In this document: positions 1 through 10,129 of the stretch, piece by piece
Layout of the letters: each line of letters begins with the position of its first letter
How positions within the stretch are numbered: the stretch's first letter is position 1
Assembly: GCF_001316265.1 (NCBI RefSeq)
Contig: NZ_BBDN01000003.1
Location: forward strand, 123,339 to 187,338
Reading direction: 5' to 3'
Origin: Vulcanisaeta sp. JCM 16159
GTDB taxonomy: Archaea > Thermoproteota > Thermoprotei > Thermoproteales > Thermocladiaceae
Length of the DNA: 64,000 nt
The notes under the pieces: model-generated
The model's database searches: none
Told to the model about the DNA's origin: nothing
Seen by the model: the letters and a program-made list of their open reading frames with translations, nothing else
Program-made: the position numbers and the translations under genes

Positions 1-1
1 T

Positions 2-169
2 AGGAGGGTCGGTAATGATTACGTCATAGAGGAGTTACCGAGACAGGGCAGTTCATTAACGCACACACTCCTGATGGTTAATGGACTCGTGTTCACGAGG
101 AAGGGACAAATCATTAGAGAGGGCGATTACGTGGAGGTACTACTCCTGAGGGAACCGCCTCGTGATTAA
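2..169 (+). CDS. 3'-terminal fragment of a gene truncated by the window start (small beta-grasp/ThiS-MoaD-like C-terminus?)
   Basis: Frame is open from the window edge to TAA at 167-169. The peptide ...VNGLVFTRKGQIIREGDYVEVLLL resembles a sulfur-carrier/TGS C-terminus. There is no start codon inside the window. Confidence 0.25.
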   Translation, partial: RRVGNDYVIEELPRQGSSLTHTLLMVNGLVFTRKGQIIREGDYVEVLLLREPPRD

Positions 170-1488
170 TTTTCAGTTTCACGAAATATTTCAACCCTAA
201 CGCTGAAAGTAACTTATAAATCAAGTGGATAAAATAATAATGTGAAACAAGCACTACTGCAAAGCCAGGAGCAGAAGCATAGGTGCGGGATAAGTGACAT
301 CAGGGAATTCCTAATAAGCTACGCACTGATTAACTGCAGGAGGAACATAACGAGGGACAACGAGTACAAGATAACAATGGCATGCTTCCATGCGTGGCAC
401 CAAACAAGGTACGGAACCAGGGCATCACAACAATGCATAAGAACCTTAGTACTCTACCTACCGGCAATAGCCCAGGAACTACAACTAAAAATAGAAAGAG
501 AGGGAAACGCAAAATACATAATAACAAGGCAGGAATTACATTAATAATTAACCCATGAGTGAGTGGTCCTGGGAAGGTAATAATGCTAATTGGGCAATTA
601 ATAGAGATACTCAGCAGGCATGACTATTGGCCTGCTTTTTCTAGTGTTATACGTAGTAATTATAATCGCTCTCTCACCATATACAGAGAGTAACCAACTC
701 ATTGAATTATTGATAGTCGCATCAATAGTAACGGCTACGCACTTATCATTGGTAATATACTCCTATGTAAGAATTAAATCGATTAAAGGCCATAACAAAC
801 CTCAAGAGAGTAGAGATTAGAGACGGCTTAATAATTCTCGATACAATTAATGGCACATACACGGCAAAACTTAACGAAATAACCATGTGCTACAAGGTCA
901 TAATGGGAAGAAACTTTAGACCATACGCATATAACGTATTCATTAATTACCAAGGTGTGAAGTACGAAATACCATACCTAGAGCCCGAGGACTACGGAGC
1001 ACTAAGGCAAGTCCTAAAAGGCCGTGGAATGGACATAAGCGAGTGCACGGCATAACTCAATAATAATTTTTAGGTACTATTGATGTGCTTCATCTCATTC
1101 AATCACTTATTTACCAACCCTACTAATCCCACCTCCACCAAGCATCCAGGGTTTGAAAATTTGATATAGTGATTATGGTTATAAAATGAGGTGATTAATC
1201 ACGATTGCATAGTGATTACGGTAATTGTTCTATTACTTGCCATTAAGTTCGACATTATTGGGCATGGGCCCTATAATTCCCAAACCCCTGCCCTTGATCT
1301 AAGGTCATGACACTATAATCCTCGCGCTGCCTCCTTAACAATTGGATCTGTGAATTCCAACTCCTCATTAATTATTGAATGCATCTTTAATGTAGTTAAT
1401 ACGTCGTGAAGCACCCTATCACTAATCGGTGAACCCTCGTAATCCTCAAGTCTCCTCTTCAATAACCCCCATTCCCTCACGCCCGAGG

Positions 1489-2381
1489 CTAGGAGTTTAA
1501 GTACGACCCTATATCTCCTACTAACCCTAAGTTTAGGAAATTCTCAAGCTCCTCCCTAGCCAGGTTAATGGCATCATTAAATATTGATGTTAAGTCCCTA
1601 CCACCAACACTCCTTGAGTAGCCATAGTACGTAAGCCAACCAATGACACCATCAAGTCTATCCACAACCTCATTAAGCTCACCATCATCAACCTCAACAC
1701 CCACCTCGGAGAAGCCACGCCGCAGAAACTTCAGAGACTTCTCACGACTCAACCTCTCAGTGATAACCTCGGCATAAGCCTACCAAATAATGGAGACTCA
1801 GGGTTACTAAATATTGAGTTCAAGACACCACCTCGGAGCCAGATATTATGAACTTGATATTTCCGAGAAAATCATAGGCATGAGCCACGGCACTCCAAAC
1901 CTCAATACCCAAAGACCCACCGAGTCTTTGGGCCTCATCAATAACAATCACGAACCCAACATCCACACTACCCGAAACCCCATCAAACTCCCTAAACAAC
2001 TCAGTGAGTAATGGCCTATCCCTACCCCAATTAAGCGAGACCTCAATACCATGCACCCTAACACTACCCAACGCTTTAATAATACTATTAAGTAAGGCCT
2101 TGCGTGGCGAGTACCTCTTAAGGAAATCACTCAACGCCCTAGACAAAACCTCGTATAATCCCCTCCTTGACCTAACAACCTCCCTTATCAATAAATACGT
2201 AAGGCATGCCCAACTCATTAAGCGTAGTCAGCACCAACGAAGTCTTCCCAGTCCTCCTCAAACCCCTAACAACAATAAGCCGAGTCAGGGAATCATTAAT
2301 CAACCGCGAAAACCTACCAAACTCCTCCTCAAAATCAAACAAGTCCGCCCTACGCGTCTTAGGCTTCGTATCAAATAACAC
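1489..2381 (-). CDS. Archaeal ATPase (Arch_ATPase/PF01637-like P-loop NTPase); reading frame interrupted and split into 3 ORFs
   Basis: ORFs 2172-2381, 1820-2218 and 1489-1752 lie in three frames. N-terminus FDFEEEFGRFSRLINDSLTRLIVVRGLRRTGKTSLV carries a Walker A motif, and VIVIDEAQRL is Walker-B-like. Typical of the archaeal ATPase family. The frame breaks may be assembly indels. Confidence 0.55.
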
Positions 2382-2715
2382 GCTTCCACACCGAAAGTAA
2401 CTTCCACAGCGGAAGCGTAAAAACCTAACTAATAGAGTATTTACGACAACCTCTAGAAGTCTCGTTTAACCAGTAAAATCCTGGCAAGTAAACAGGCTTA
2501 AAATAAACTATGAAGGGTGTGAATTCATGGATTAAATAATAATTATAATAGTAATCAATGCCTCGACTTCCCACAACACGCATTTTCGAGAAACCACAAC
2601 GTATCGGCCTCAATCCATACCCCAATAATGAATACCGTTACTAAAGAACATAAACAAGGTATTTCAACCCCACTCGAATCACTTTCTCTGAACACCCAAA
2701 GTAAAAAAAAGCCCC

Positions 2716-3669
2716 ATGAAATTAGAAGAATTGATTATTATGGGTTTGAGGGTGGGGTGGTTGGTGGCTGTGTTGGTAGTAGTGGCTGTGGCTGTATCCC
2801 TGCTTATCGTGCGTAGTACTTGGCATATTAGTGGTTCCGGCTCCGTGGGTCCCTCTCACGTGGGTCAATCAATTAAGCCTCCACCAACCATAATGCCAAT
2901 CATCATCCAATACGGTGCTGTCTTATGTAATTCCTCTTATGACCTCATCATGCCCGGCGGCTCCGCAATAGCCCTTGTCTACCATGTTCATGGGGATATG
3001 AAGATTAATGGTTATCAATTATACATTGACTTCCCAACCGCCATAATTAATGAGACGTTATCATCATGGGCCAGCATGTCCTATTCAGGCAACGCCATGT
3101 GGCTTGGCATCTACCTAAACGGCAGGTTAATAGCCTCAAACAATCAATCTCAGCCACTGCAGGCATTAGCCATAACTGTCAATCACCCATACGTTTACGG
3201 TAATAAAACCATGAACTTCTGGCAAATAGCTAATACGGAGAATTGGTACGTGGTACACACGGAAATAGGCGTTGGGTTCCCCGCAATCAACGTCACTTCA
3301 GGCGACACCATAGTGGTGATCCTATACTCCGCAGTCCCCTACGCATTACCGGTCTGCAACATCACGAGCGATGCTGAGGAGGTTCAGTTAATGGTTAACT
3401 ATAGTTTGATCGGCACCTTTGGAAGCACGAATAAGTCCTTACCAACGACCAAGCAATTATTTGAAAACGGCCAATATATCATTGAGGAGCCCACGATATA
3501 CGTGATCACAAAGTCAATCACAAACCTGCAATCAATAAGCATGGACGACATAACACCTGGGATAAGCAACATAGCACCAAAGTACACAATAGGGTATATC
3601 TGGTACCCATTACCTACGAATTACCCAGTTATTTACTCAAATAGAAATGAGATAAACGCCAACGGGTGA
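2716..3669 (+). CDS. Membrane-anchored secreted glycoprotein, paralog A (N-terminal TM/signal, many N-x-S/T sequons)
   Basis: 317-aa ORF with a hydrophobic N-terminus (GWLVAVLVVVAVAVSLLIV). It is rich in N-x-S/T sequons, Tyr and Asn. It is clearly paralogous to 4653-5548 (ALVYHVHG..., YLNG.LIA...). Confidence 0.6.
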   Translation: MKLEELIIMGLRVGWLVAVLVVVAVAVSLLIVRSTWHISGSGSVGPSHVGQSIKPPPTIMPIIIQYGAVLCNSSYDLIMPGGSAIALVYHVHGDMKINGYQLYIDFPTAIINETLSSWASMSYSGNAMWLGIYLNGRLIASNNQSQPLQALAITVNHPYVYGNKTMNFWQIANTENWYVVHTEIGVGFPAINVTSGDTIVVILYSAVPYALPVCNITSDAEEVQLMVNYSLIGTFGSTNKSLPTTKQLFENGQYIIEEPTIYVITKSITNLQSISMDDITPGISNIAPKYTIGYIWYPLPTNYPVIYSNRNEINANG

Positions 3670-3726
3670 TTAGCATGGTGATGAAGAACCCGAAGGTGAC
3701 AATTATGCTTTACTAACGCTCTTAAT

Positions 3727-4458
3727 AATGTTAACGGTAGTGTTGGTATTCTCAGGACGCGTGGTTGCGCAAAACACATGCTCACAACCTATCGGTGGGT
3801 GTAATTATGAGGTCGATACCACAGGCACGCCAGGCAGTGTAGGTGTTCACGCGGTTATCGTCAATACTATGACTGTGCAGTCGTACGGACCAAATGATGA
3901 TGGCTAGATTTCGTTGCAGTTCAACCCAGATGAATATCTCGTATGTAATCAAGGCAATGAATACTGGTCCAGGGAGTTATTGGATACAATGCGTATACTC
4001 AAGAGTTACTATTCACTGTACAGATATGGATCCCATGTGTGAGTCCTCCTGCCCTCATTTGGCAACCACCAAGTCCTGGATATGTATCAGATGTACCGTG
4101 GCCTCTTATCTCCGGCGCTGTCTGGTATATCCTGTATGGTATGAATAGTAATGGTATGATTTCATATGTGTATGAGCAGGTGTCAGTACCTAATACAAAT
4201 GGACCTTGGACATATGTATGGAATATACCATCTCAATACTCGGATTATTGGTTTCCATCTAATGTTGTTTGGGCCGGCGCTGACGCCTCTTATGTGATTT
4301 TTAACTCCGGTGGTTCTGGCATGTTCTATTACTGCTCCAATGTAAATCTATATCAGGGCAATCTCGGCAATAATACTGCTGAGAATTCTAATGTTCAGTA
4401 TACGCAGATGCTTAACCAATACACCACATGCGACATGCATCAAGACTTCCAGACGTAG
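3727..4458 (+). CDS. Secreted protein (signal peptide MLTVVLVFSGRVVAQ), ORF fragmented across frames
   Basis: Signal-peptide-like start at 3727 followed by a mature region. The frame switches near 3906 and 4039. The C-terminal ORF 4039-4458 has Y/W/N/S-rich composition typical of crenarchaeal surface proteins. Confidence 0.4.
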
Positions 4459-4652
4459 TGATGCAGCCTTATTAAGGCAGCCTTAAAATCACCTCCTCTT
4501 TTCCCCTCCCCCATCCTCACCCCTCCTCCTGCCATCGCCCTCTTGGCCGGTTCCCTTTACCGCGTTTTAGCAGTAAATCACCCAAATAGGCGTAACTCGA
4601 ACCACCTTTTACGAATAGGCGAAGTAAAAAAAGTCCAGCGAGTTAAGTAAAA

Positions 4653-5548
4653 ATGATGGTTATGGGCCTAAAAATGAGACGGTTAATTTTGGCTATTTCG
4701 GCTATTGCCGCAGCGGTGATCGTTTCCTTGCTTATTAGGTCTGCCTTTATTAAGCATGGTGGTGTTGGTGCTAACTCCTCTAGGCACTTACCTGCGCTCC
4801 CCATACCTCATTTCATTTATTATGGGAGTTTAGCGTGCAATGGTGGTGTTGTCATTCCAGGCAACTCACTTATTGTGCTTGTTTATCATGTCCATGGAAC
4901 CGCACTGATCAACTACGTGAGCATACCCATCGACGTACCACTCACGGTAATCAACTACTCACTGCCAGGCCCGTCCCAGCCGGGCATGGTCATGGGCATG
5001 GGTGTTTACCTAAACGGCACATTAATAGCCACTAGCACAGGCTCACCAACGCAGACCATAGCCACCATCGTAAACACCACATACCCACTAAATAACAAGA
5101 CCCTAACCTTCTGGCAGTATGCCAAGGCTATGAATTGGTCAGTAATACACACGGCTTTGGCGCCGTGTTCCCACCAATTAATGCCACGCCAAGCGACGTA
5201 ATAGAGGTCGCCATATACTCATCAATACCCTACATCCTACCGGCATGCAACGTGAGCAGCGAGGGTGAGGAGGTTGAGCTAATAGTCAGTAATAACTGGA
5301 TTGGGTACATACCCACGAACCAAACGCAACACCAACCGCGACACAACTCTACACAGAGGCAAGTACATAACCGAGGAACCCATAATCTACATAGCCACCG
5401 CCCAGGGGATACCCAGGGTTATAAACATGAACAACCTAACAATATTCATGAAAAACACAGCACCAGACTACACAATAGCACGCTACTGGTGATGAAGAAC
5501 CAACAAACCACCCACCTCAAACCCAAACAACCACGAAGAAAACCTTAA
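4653..5548 (+). CDS. Membrane-anchored secreted glycoprotein, paralog B; frame broken twice
   Basis: ORFs 4653-5201, 5135-5548 and 5301-5492 are in different frames. All three align to paralog A: VLVYHVHG, YLNGTLIAT, IEVAIYSSIPYILPACNVSSEGEEVELIV, and GKYITEEPIIYIATA matches GQYIIEEPTIYVIT. Confidence 0.5.
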
Positions 5549-5551
5549 AAA
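5543..5551 (+). promoter_or_regulatory. TATA-like box (ccttaaaaa) about 25-33 nt upstream of tRNA-Tyr
   Basis: A/T-rich box at the canonical archaeal distance upstream of the mature tRNA 5' end. Analogous boxes precede the other two tRNAs. Confidence 0.35.
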
Positions 5552-5575
5552 CCAACAAAACAAAACAAACCACGC

Positions 5576-5690
5576 CCCCGGTAGCTCAGAGGTTAGAGCG
5601 GCCGGCTGTAGTCAGCCCCGTGGGCGACAATAGAAAAGCCCACGGCAAGCAGGCACCGGCAGGTCCCGGGTTCAAATCCCGGCCGGGGGA
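5576..5690 (+). tRNA. tRNA-Tyr (GUA) with a ~40-nt canonical (37/38) intron
   Basis: C1:G72 acceptor (cccccgg / ccggggg). D-arm gctc-agaggtta-gagc. Anticodon stem gccgg/ccggc with loop ctGTAgt. An intron (cagccccgtgggcgacaatagaaaagcccacggcaagcaggca) separates the stem halves. T-arm ccggg-ttcaaat-cccgg. Discriminator A. Confidence 0.85.
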
Positions 5691-5727
5691 CTTTATTTCA
5701 TCATTCTACGGATAAGTTAGAAATTAT

Positions 5728-5746
5728 TCCAACCTCCCCACGTCCC
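5728..5746. repeat. Left arm of an exact 19-bp inverted repeat (tccaacctccccacgtccc)
   Basis: Exact reverse complement of 7562-7580 (gggacgtggggaggttgga). Lies 38 nt downstream of tRNA-Tyr. Confidence 0.8.
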
Positions 5747-5770
5747 TTTATGGACATTATTGTTAAGTTA

Positions 5771-6781
5771 TTAATCAAGCATAGCCAAAGTCTTGATCCT
5801 TCTTAACTTCTCGGCATCTTTTAATTCACTCAATGCATCAATTACTATTCCCCACATATTATACCACTTCTTAGCCAACCCCTTAGCTTTTGCGGTATAG
5901 AGTGCTAGTCGCCCATCACCCTCCTCAATAAAGCCATAATTACGTAACTTATCAATAAGTTGTTCCAACCCTCTTTTGTATATATAAAGCCTAATCCTCT
6001 GCTTCTTGATGTCTATACTTCCATCACCCAACGTGAAGAAGAATAAAAAAATTCGTAAACTCCTCATCATTAAACTTAACAACCCACTTGATGGCGCTAT
6101 CCTTACTTATCCTCTTATGCCCAGCCCTAAGTTGCCATATTACTGTGATGCCATCATCATTTATATCTATGGCATATATACGTATATGAATCCGTCCACC
6201 ATGCACTAAAGCCCAGAGCAAAGCCTGCCATGTATAAGCCGTAAACATCATTGGGCGACCCCTATCCCTACCCTCATCACTGATACCCAACCCGATAACG
6301 TAGCTCTTCGTAAATACCCATTAAATAGCTTAGGCACCCTAATATTAACGCCCAATAACCCCTTAAGCACTAACCTTATCGTGACTTTACGCGTCTTAAT
6401 CCTATTTATCGTAATTGTCAAGTTTTCTGAACGAAGCACTAACCTCTTATCATTAATAACTCTAACCTCACTTCTTAAAAGCCCCTCAAATAATTTGTTC
6501 AACTCACCATAATGCACCCTAAACCACTCCTCCCTAGCCTGCCTACATAATTGAAGCATCCTATCACCAATCTTATAAAGAATCTCCCTTACCTTAACCT
6601 CCCACTCATTATTACTATTACCTATCACTCTCGCACTATACACCCAATTCTCTAAATCACGAATCAACGCATTATATGGCGATTCAACAAATAGCATATC
6701 CTTAAACTTACTAATACGCCTAAGAAGCACCTCCCTATACTCATTATATTCATTAAGTTCAGTATTTCCCTCATTATTCAA
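5771..6781 (-). pseudogene. Fragmented ORF (3 frames) inside the IR-bounded element; possible degenerate TnpB/OrfB-like (RuvC-like) transposase-associated gene
   Basis: ORFs 6248-6781, 6024-6290 and 5771-6082 overlap in different frames. The middle fragment has IYAIDINDDGITVIW, which resembles the RuvC-I motif (IGIDLG) of IS605 OrfB/TnpB. The assignment is weak. Confidence 0.3.
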
Positions 6782-6789
6782 TATCGATC

Positions 6790-7500
6790 CATTGGCTACA
6801 TCGTTTGCCTCCCTGCCTCTTTTTGTTTTTGATTCCCGCCCTCACTGGGCGGGTTTTGGTTTGTTTCATTTTTCCTCATCATCCTCGCTCACCTCTTGAT
6901 AAGCCCCACGGGGTGGGTCCCCGCGGGGCCGAACCACCCACCCTAGAGGCCCAGCAGTGGTTGCGCCCCGCGGGAGGCCTAACCCCGTGAGGCCGTCTGG
7001 CGCTTACTCAGTAAAGCCTAGAAACCACCTACCAACTTCCCACGCTACTCGGCATACTCATTAAACAATTATTTCACGCTTTCGTGAAACAGCATCCTTT
7101 GTTTTACCCGCTCATTGCAGTATTTTAGTTAATTTAGCCTAGGAACTACCGAACAAATTACTGGCTTAATTACCCATGCATCGCCCTCCCCACCCCTCCT
7201 CACCCACCCTCCGCCTTCCCTGGGTCTTGGCTTGATCTATCGTCCACATTGCAACCCAGGTCGGCACCCCCAGCCTTCGGTTCCCGGTGCTTGGATCTAT
7301 CGTCCCCACAGCACCCCACACCCGCCGGGAGCCCCCTCACCAGGGGAACCTCCGGCTCGAGAGGAGCAGGGGAGGGAGGGCGGCAAGGAAGGAGGGGCTC
7401 GCAGGAGGTTGGGGGAGAGGGAGGATGAAGAGAGGCAGGGAGGGCAAACGCATTTTAATAGTTGCGTCGCTAAATGGCTGAGTTATTTCATAGTTGTTGA
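6790..7500. other. GC-rich noncoding block with long polypyrimidine and polypurine tracts; candidate structured ncRNA or mirror/H-DNA-like repeat
   Basis: GC content is far above the flanking sequence. There are runs such as ccctccccacccctcctcacccaccctccgccttccc and gaggagcaggggagggagggcggcaaggaaggaggg...gggagagggaggatgaagagaggcagggaggg. GC hairpins are also present (ccccacgggg, gggtccccgcgggg). The overlapping ORFs (6805-6990, 7232-7543) translate to low-complexity Pro/Gly/Arg strings. Confidence 0.4.
7226..7310 (+). repeat. Direct repeat of a ~22-bp motif (cttgg[c]ttgatctatcgtcc[a/cc]aca) with 63-bp spacing
   Basis: Copy 1 is at 7226-7248 and copy 2 at 7289-7310, with near-identical cores ttgatctatcgtcc. 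Both sit inside the GC-rich block. Confidence 0.6.
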
Positions 7501-7561
7501 TATTATTTTGGCGTTATTGCGACTTCATCTGCGCAGTCTATGATGTTTTGTTGTTGTCCAC

Positions 7562-7580
7562 GGGACGTGGGGAGGTTGGA
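7562..7580. repeat. Right arm of the exact 19-bp inverted repeat (gggacgtggggaggttgga)
   Basis: Reverse complement of 5728-5746. It is followed by a GC hairpin (gagcatccgccccgg...ccggggtggtttgctc). Confidence 0.8.
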
Positions 7581-8200
7581 TCACCCACTGAGCATCCGCC
7601 CCGGCTATACCGGGGTGGTTTGCTCAGGGCTCATTACCTTATTTATTTAATTGTTTTGGGTTATATATAGGCTTTCGTTATCGTAATCGAGTCTTACAAG
7701 CTTTATATTATGAATGAGAAGCGTTCTAATGTTTGTTGCAAGGGTCCTTTATTGTTCCATAAATTGTCATGTAGTCTTCGTATCCTTTAAGTAAACTGAA
7801 GATGAACTCGTTGATATTTATTTTAGAAATATTTTGCAATTTTTGTTAATTTATTGGCATAGTTAATAAAAATTTTTGCTTTACTGCTTTCTCTAATGCC
7901 TAGAGCAAGGAATGAATTTAGTATATTGATGTGATTCTAGCTATTTTATTTTTCATTTTTCATCAATTGTTTTACACTATTTACATAAAAGCATCTTTTA
8001 ATCACTAATTTCAACATGTCCGTCCACCTCGTCTTCGGCAATGGTGGCTTAACTACTATCACTATTAACAATATTAACAATTAAGGTAATAAGTTCCTAA
8101 AGTTCCTCCTTAATATTTTTATTAATAAAGAGTGTAAATAATGAATATATTCGATAATGTTGCGAAACTTTCGTTAAAATTATTTCACATATTCTTTGAT

Positions 8201-8986
8201 TTACATTGTTCCATTGTTCTTATCAATACTAATGGCTATGTTTTTCCAGTCTTCACCTATACTCACTCTGAATCTTAATAGGATCATTGCTGCATTTTCA
8301 CATTCGACAAAGACCTCAATGATGTGTTCACCCCTCGTTAGACAGTACTTACTTACATCGTTGTGTTGACATAGCGCCTTTATTGCATCGCTTGAGGCAA
8401 ATAATGCGTAGCACTCCTTATTCTGACTTAATGAAATTAGCTTTTTCTTATCACTTACTGCGGTGATAATTAGATTAATAAATTTGTTATAGCCTGATTC
8501 TATGTCAGTTGTAATCTTTTGCTTATCCCAAGGCCATTCCTCTTTATTCATTTCATACCAGGTTAGGTAAACCCAGTCACTACAAGTATTGCTGCATATT
8601 CTGGCCTGTATCTTGCAATTTTTAGCATCAGAAAAGCCATAATTATGTATATTAAGCCAAATTATTCCGAGTTTTTGATATTTACAGCCAGCAGATAATT
8701 CTTTAATTTTTCTATTTATTGAGACAAAAATTAATTTGGGCAATGCTTGCTCACATATATACCATCTTTTTCCCGTGAAAAATCCTATGAATCTATCAGC
8801 AAATGATGAGTATAGTTCGACTTCTACGTCTCTATTCCGGTTGTTTAGTAGTCCGCAGTTCTCGATTGTGCTTAGTGGTGTTATTACATTAAATGGGCTG
8901 ATATTGCTTCCGCTTAATTCAACGTTAAACTCAGTTCTTTCCCTAATGTCGATTTTCTGCGGGTTGTCAAATCCTTTATATTGCAT
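8201..8986 (-). CDS. Hypothetical Cys-rich protein (261 aa) in the AT-rich island
   Basis: Clean 261-aa ORF with about 12 Cys (CKIQARICSNTCSDW, CLTRGEHIIEVFVECENAA). No signal peptide. Very low GC compared with the surrounding genes. Confidence 0.5.
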   Translation of the reverse strand: MQYKGFDNPQKIDIRERTEFNVELSGSNISPFNVITPLSTIENCGLLNNRNRDVEVELYSSFADRFIGFFTGKRWYICEQALPKLIFVSINRKIKELSAGCKYQKLGIIWLNIHNYGFSDAKNCKIQARICSNTCSDWVYLTWYEMNKEEWPWDKQKITTDIESGYNKFINLIITAVSDKKKLISLSQNKECYALFASSDAIKALCQHNDVSKYCLTRGEHIIEVFVECENAAMILLRFRVSIGEDWKNIAISIDKNNGTM

Positions 8987-9263
8987 GGCTTCACATAGAG
9001 GTAGAAATCCATCTTTATCGGATCCAGGTTGTTTTAATTTTATACTATTACAGCAACGTATATTATTACCTGCTATATTGAATAAAAAGATGTCTGCTTC
9101 GGGTGATGAGGTTATGAATGGCGATTGCCCTTTGATGTTTATTCCTGCGAATGGCGTGTAGTTATTGTGTACGGTTATGTCTCTTTCTTTCTTATTTTCC
9201 TTTTTGATTATGACCCTTAGGTATGCTGATACGTCCTGCCCAAAGACTGAGCTTAAGTATTCT

Positions 9264-9944
9264 CTAAATCTGACTCTTACGTAAACATCGCCACTTTTTT
9301 GTTCTTATTATGTGCGTTGGTATGCCATACCTGTAATGTGATTGCGTTAGCACTACGAAGAATGCCGAGATGAATGGAGTTAATATAACGGAGGCTAGGC
9401 TAATCCAGGTAAGTAATGATGTTGCACCAATAAGCCATGTTATGAAGATAAAAAGAGCAAGACCAACGAAGGGTATTATGAACGGCCAATGCCTAAATCT
9501 GGGGATGTTAAGGTATACGGCACCAACAACCTTAGCTTTGATGAATAAATATTTAATATATGATATTGCAATTATTATTAAAATAAAGTCAAGATATAGA
9601 ATGATATTAATGAATTTATGAATAAAAATAATAATTATTAAATTAATTATAGGAACTATTATAGAAAGAGTAAGAACTATTAAGATAATTATGATTAATT
9701 TAAATAATGACCTGCGAGGTGTATAGTAAGGTGTATAGTAAAAAGATAATATTATTACTAAAATAACTGGAATTATAAAAATACTATAAAGAAAAATAGG
9801 AAGAAATGACGAAAATAATAAAGATAACCAAGATATGTGTATGTGAGTATATGTTAAAAGTAGATATATACATGCCAAAATAATATATAACGATACAAAT
9901 CCATAAGAGATCAATTTAAAAATTGTTTTTAGTTTAAATAACAT
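9264..9944 (-). CDS. Hypothetical polytopic membrane protein (226 aa, about 7 TM)
   Basis: Extremely hydrophobic, Ile/Leu/Phe-rich ORF. Its ATG overlaps the upstream stop (TAATG). AT-rich. Confidence 0.5.
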   Translation of the reverse strand: MLFKLKTIFKLISYGFVSLYIILACIYLLLTYTHIHISWLSLLFSSFLPIFLYSIFIIPVILVIILSFYYTPYYTPRRSLFKLIIIILIVLTLSIIVPIINLIIIIFIHKFINIILYLDFILIIIAISYIKYLFIKAKVVGAVYLNIPRFRHWPFIIPFVGLALFIFITWLIGATSLLTWISLASVILTPFISAFFVVLTQSHYRYGIPTHIIRTKKWRCLRKSQI

Positions 9945-10129
9945 TATAAAAAAAATATAATTATTAAAAGAATTACTATAGCTAGGAATATTCCTGCGGC
10001 AAGTGTATATATCTTTCCTGGTAATTTATATGATAATTCTTGCATTATTGTATAAGCTATGGGGGCCATGAGCACTAGCCAGAAGTTACGATCGAATAAT
10101 TGCCAGATTGTTTTTGGAGTCATGGACAC
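9944..10129 (-). CDS. Small membrane protein (61 aa, 2 TM)
   Basis: 61-aa hydrophobic ORF whose stop overlaps the start of 9264-9944 (TAATG). Probably co-transcribed with it. Confidence 0.4.
   Translation of the reverse strand: MSMTPKTIWQLFDRNFWLVLMAPIAYTIMQELSYKLPGKIYTLAAGIFLAIVILLIIIFFL

Noticed and set aside
330-527. 65-aa minus-strand ORF overlapping ORF 242-544
   Set aside because: The two are mutually exclusive and neither has homology support. The whole 180-1100 region is low-confidence with no convincing gene, so I left it unannotated.
6790-7500. rRNA, RNase P RNA or SRP RNA identity for the GC-rich block
   Set aside because: I could not find the universal RNase P CR-I/CR-V motifs (GGAAAGUCC / ACAGAA..CGGCUUA), the SRP helix-8 GGAAG/AGCAG core, or any 16S/23S signature on either strand. 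The sequence is dominated by homopurine and homopyrimidine runs, unlike known stable RNAs.
6805-7543. ORFs 6805-6990, 7232-7543 and 7287-7481 inside the GC-rich block
   Set aside because: The translations are low-complexity Pro/Gly/Arg/Glu strings produced by polypurine and polypyrimidine DNA. There is no start context or protein-like composition. I treat them as noncoding.
5728-7580. The 19-bp repeats as att sites of an SSV-type integrase-mediated integration into tRNA-Tyr
   Set aside because: The repeats are inverted, not direct. No partial duplicate of the tRNA-Tyr 3' end is present at the distal boundary. No tyrosine-recombinase-like ORF is evident.
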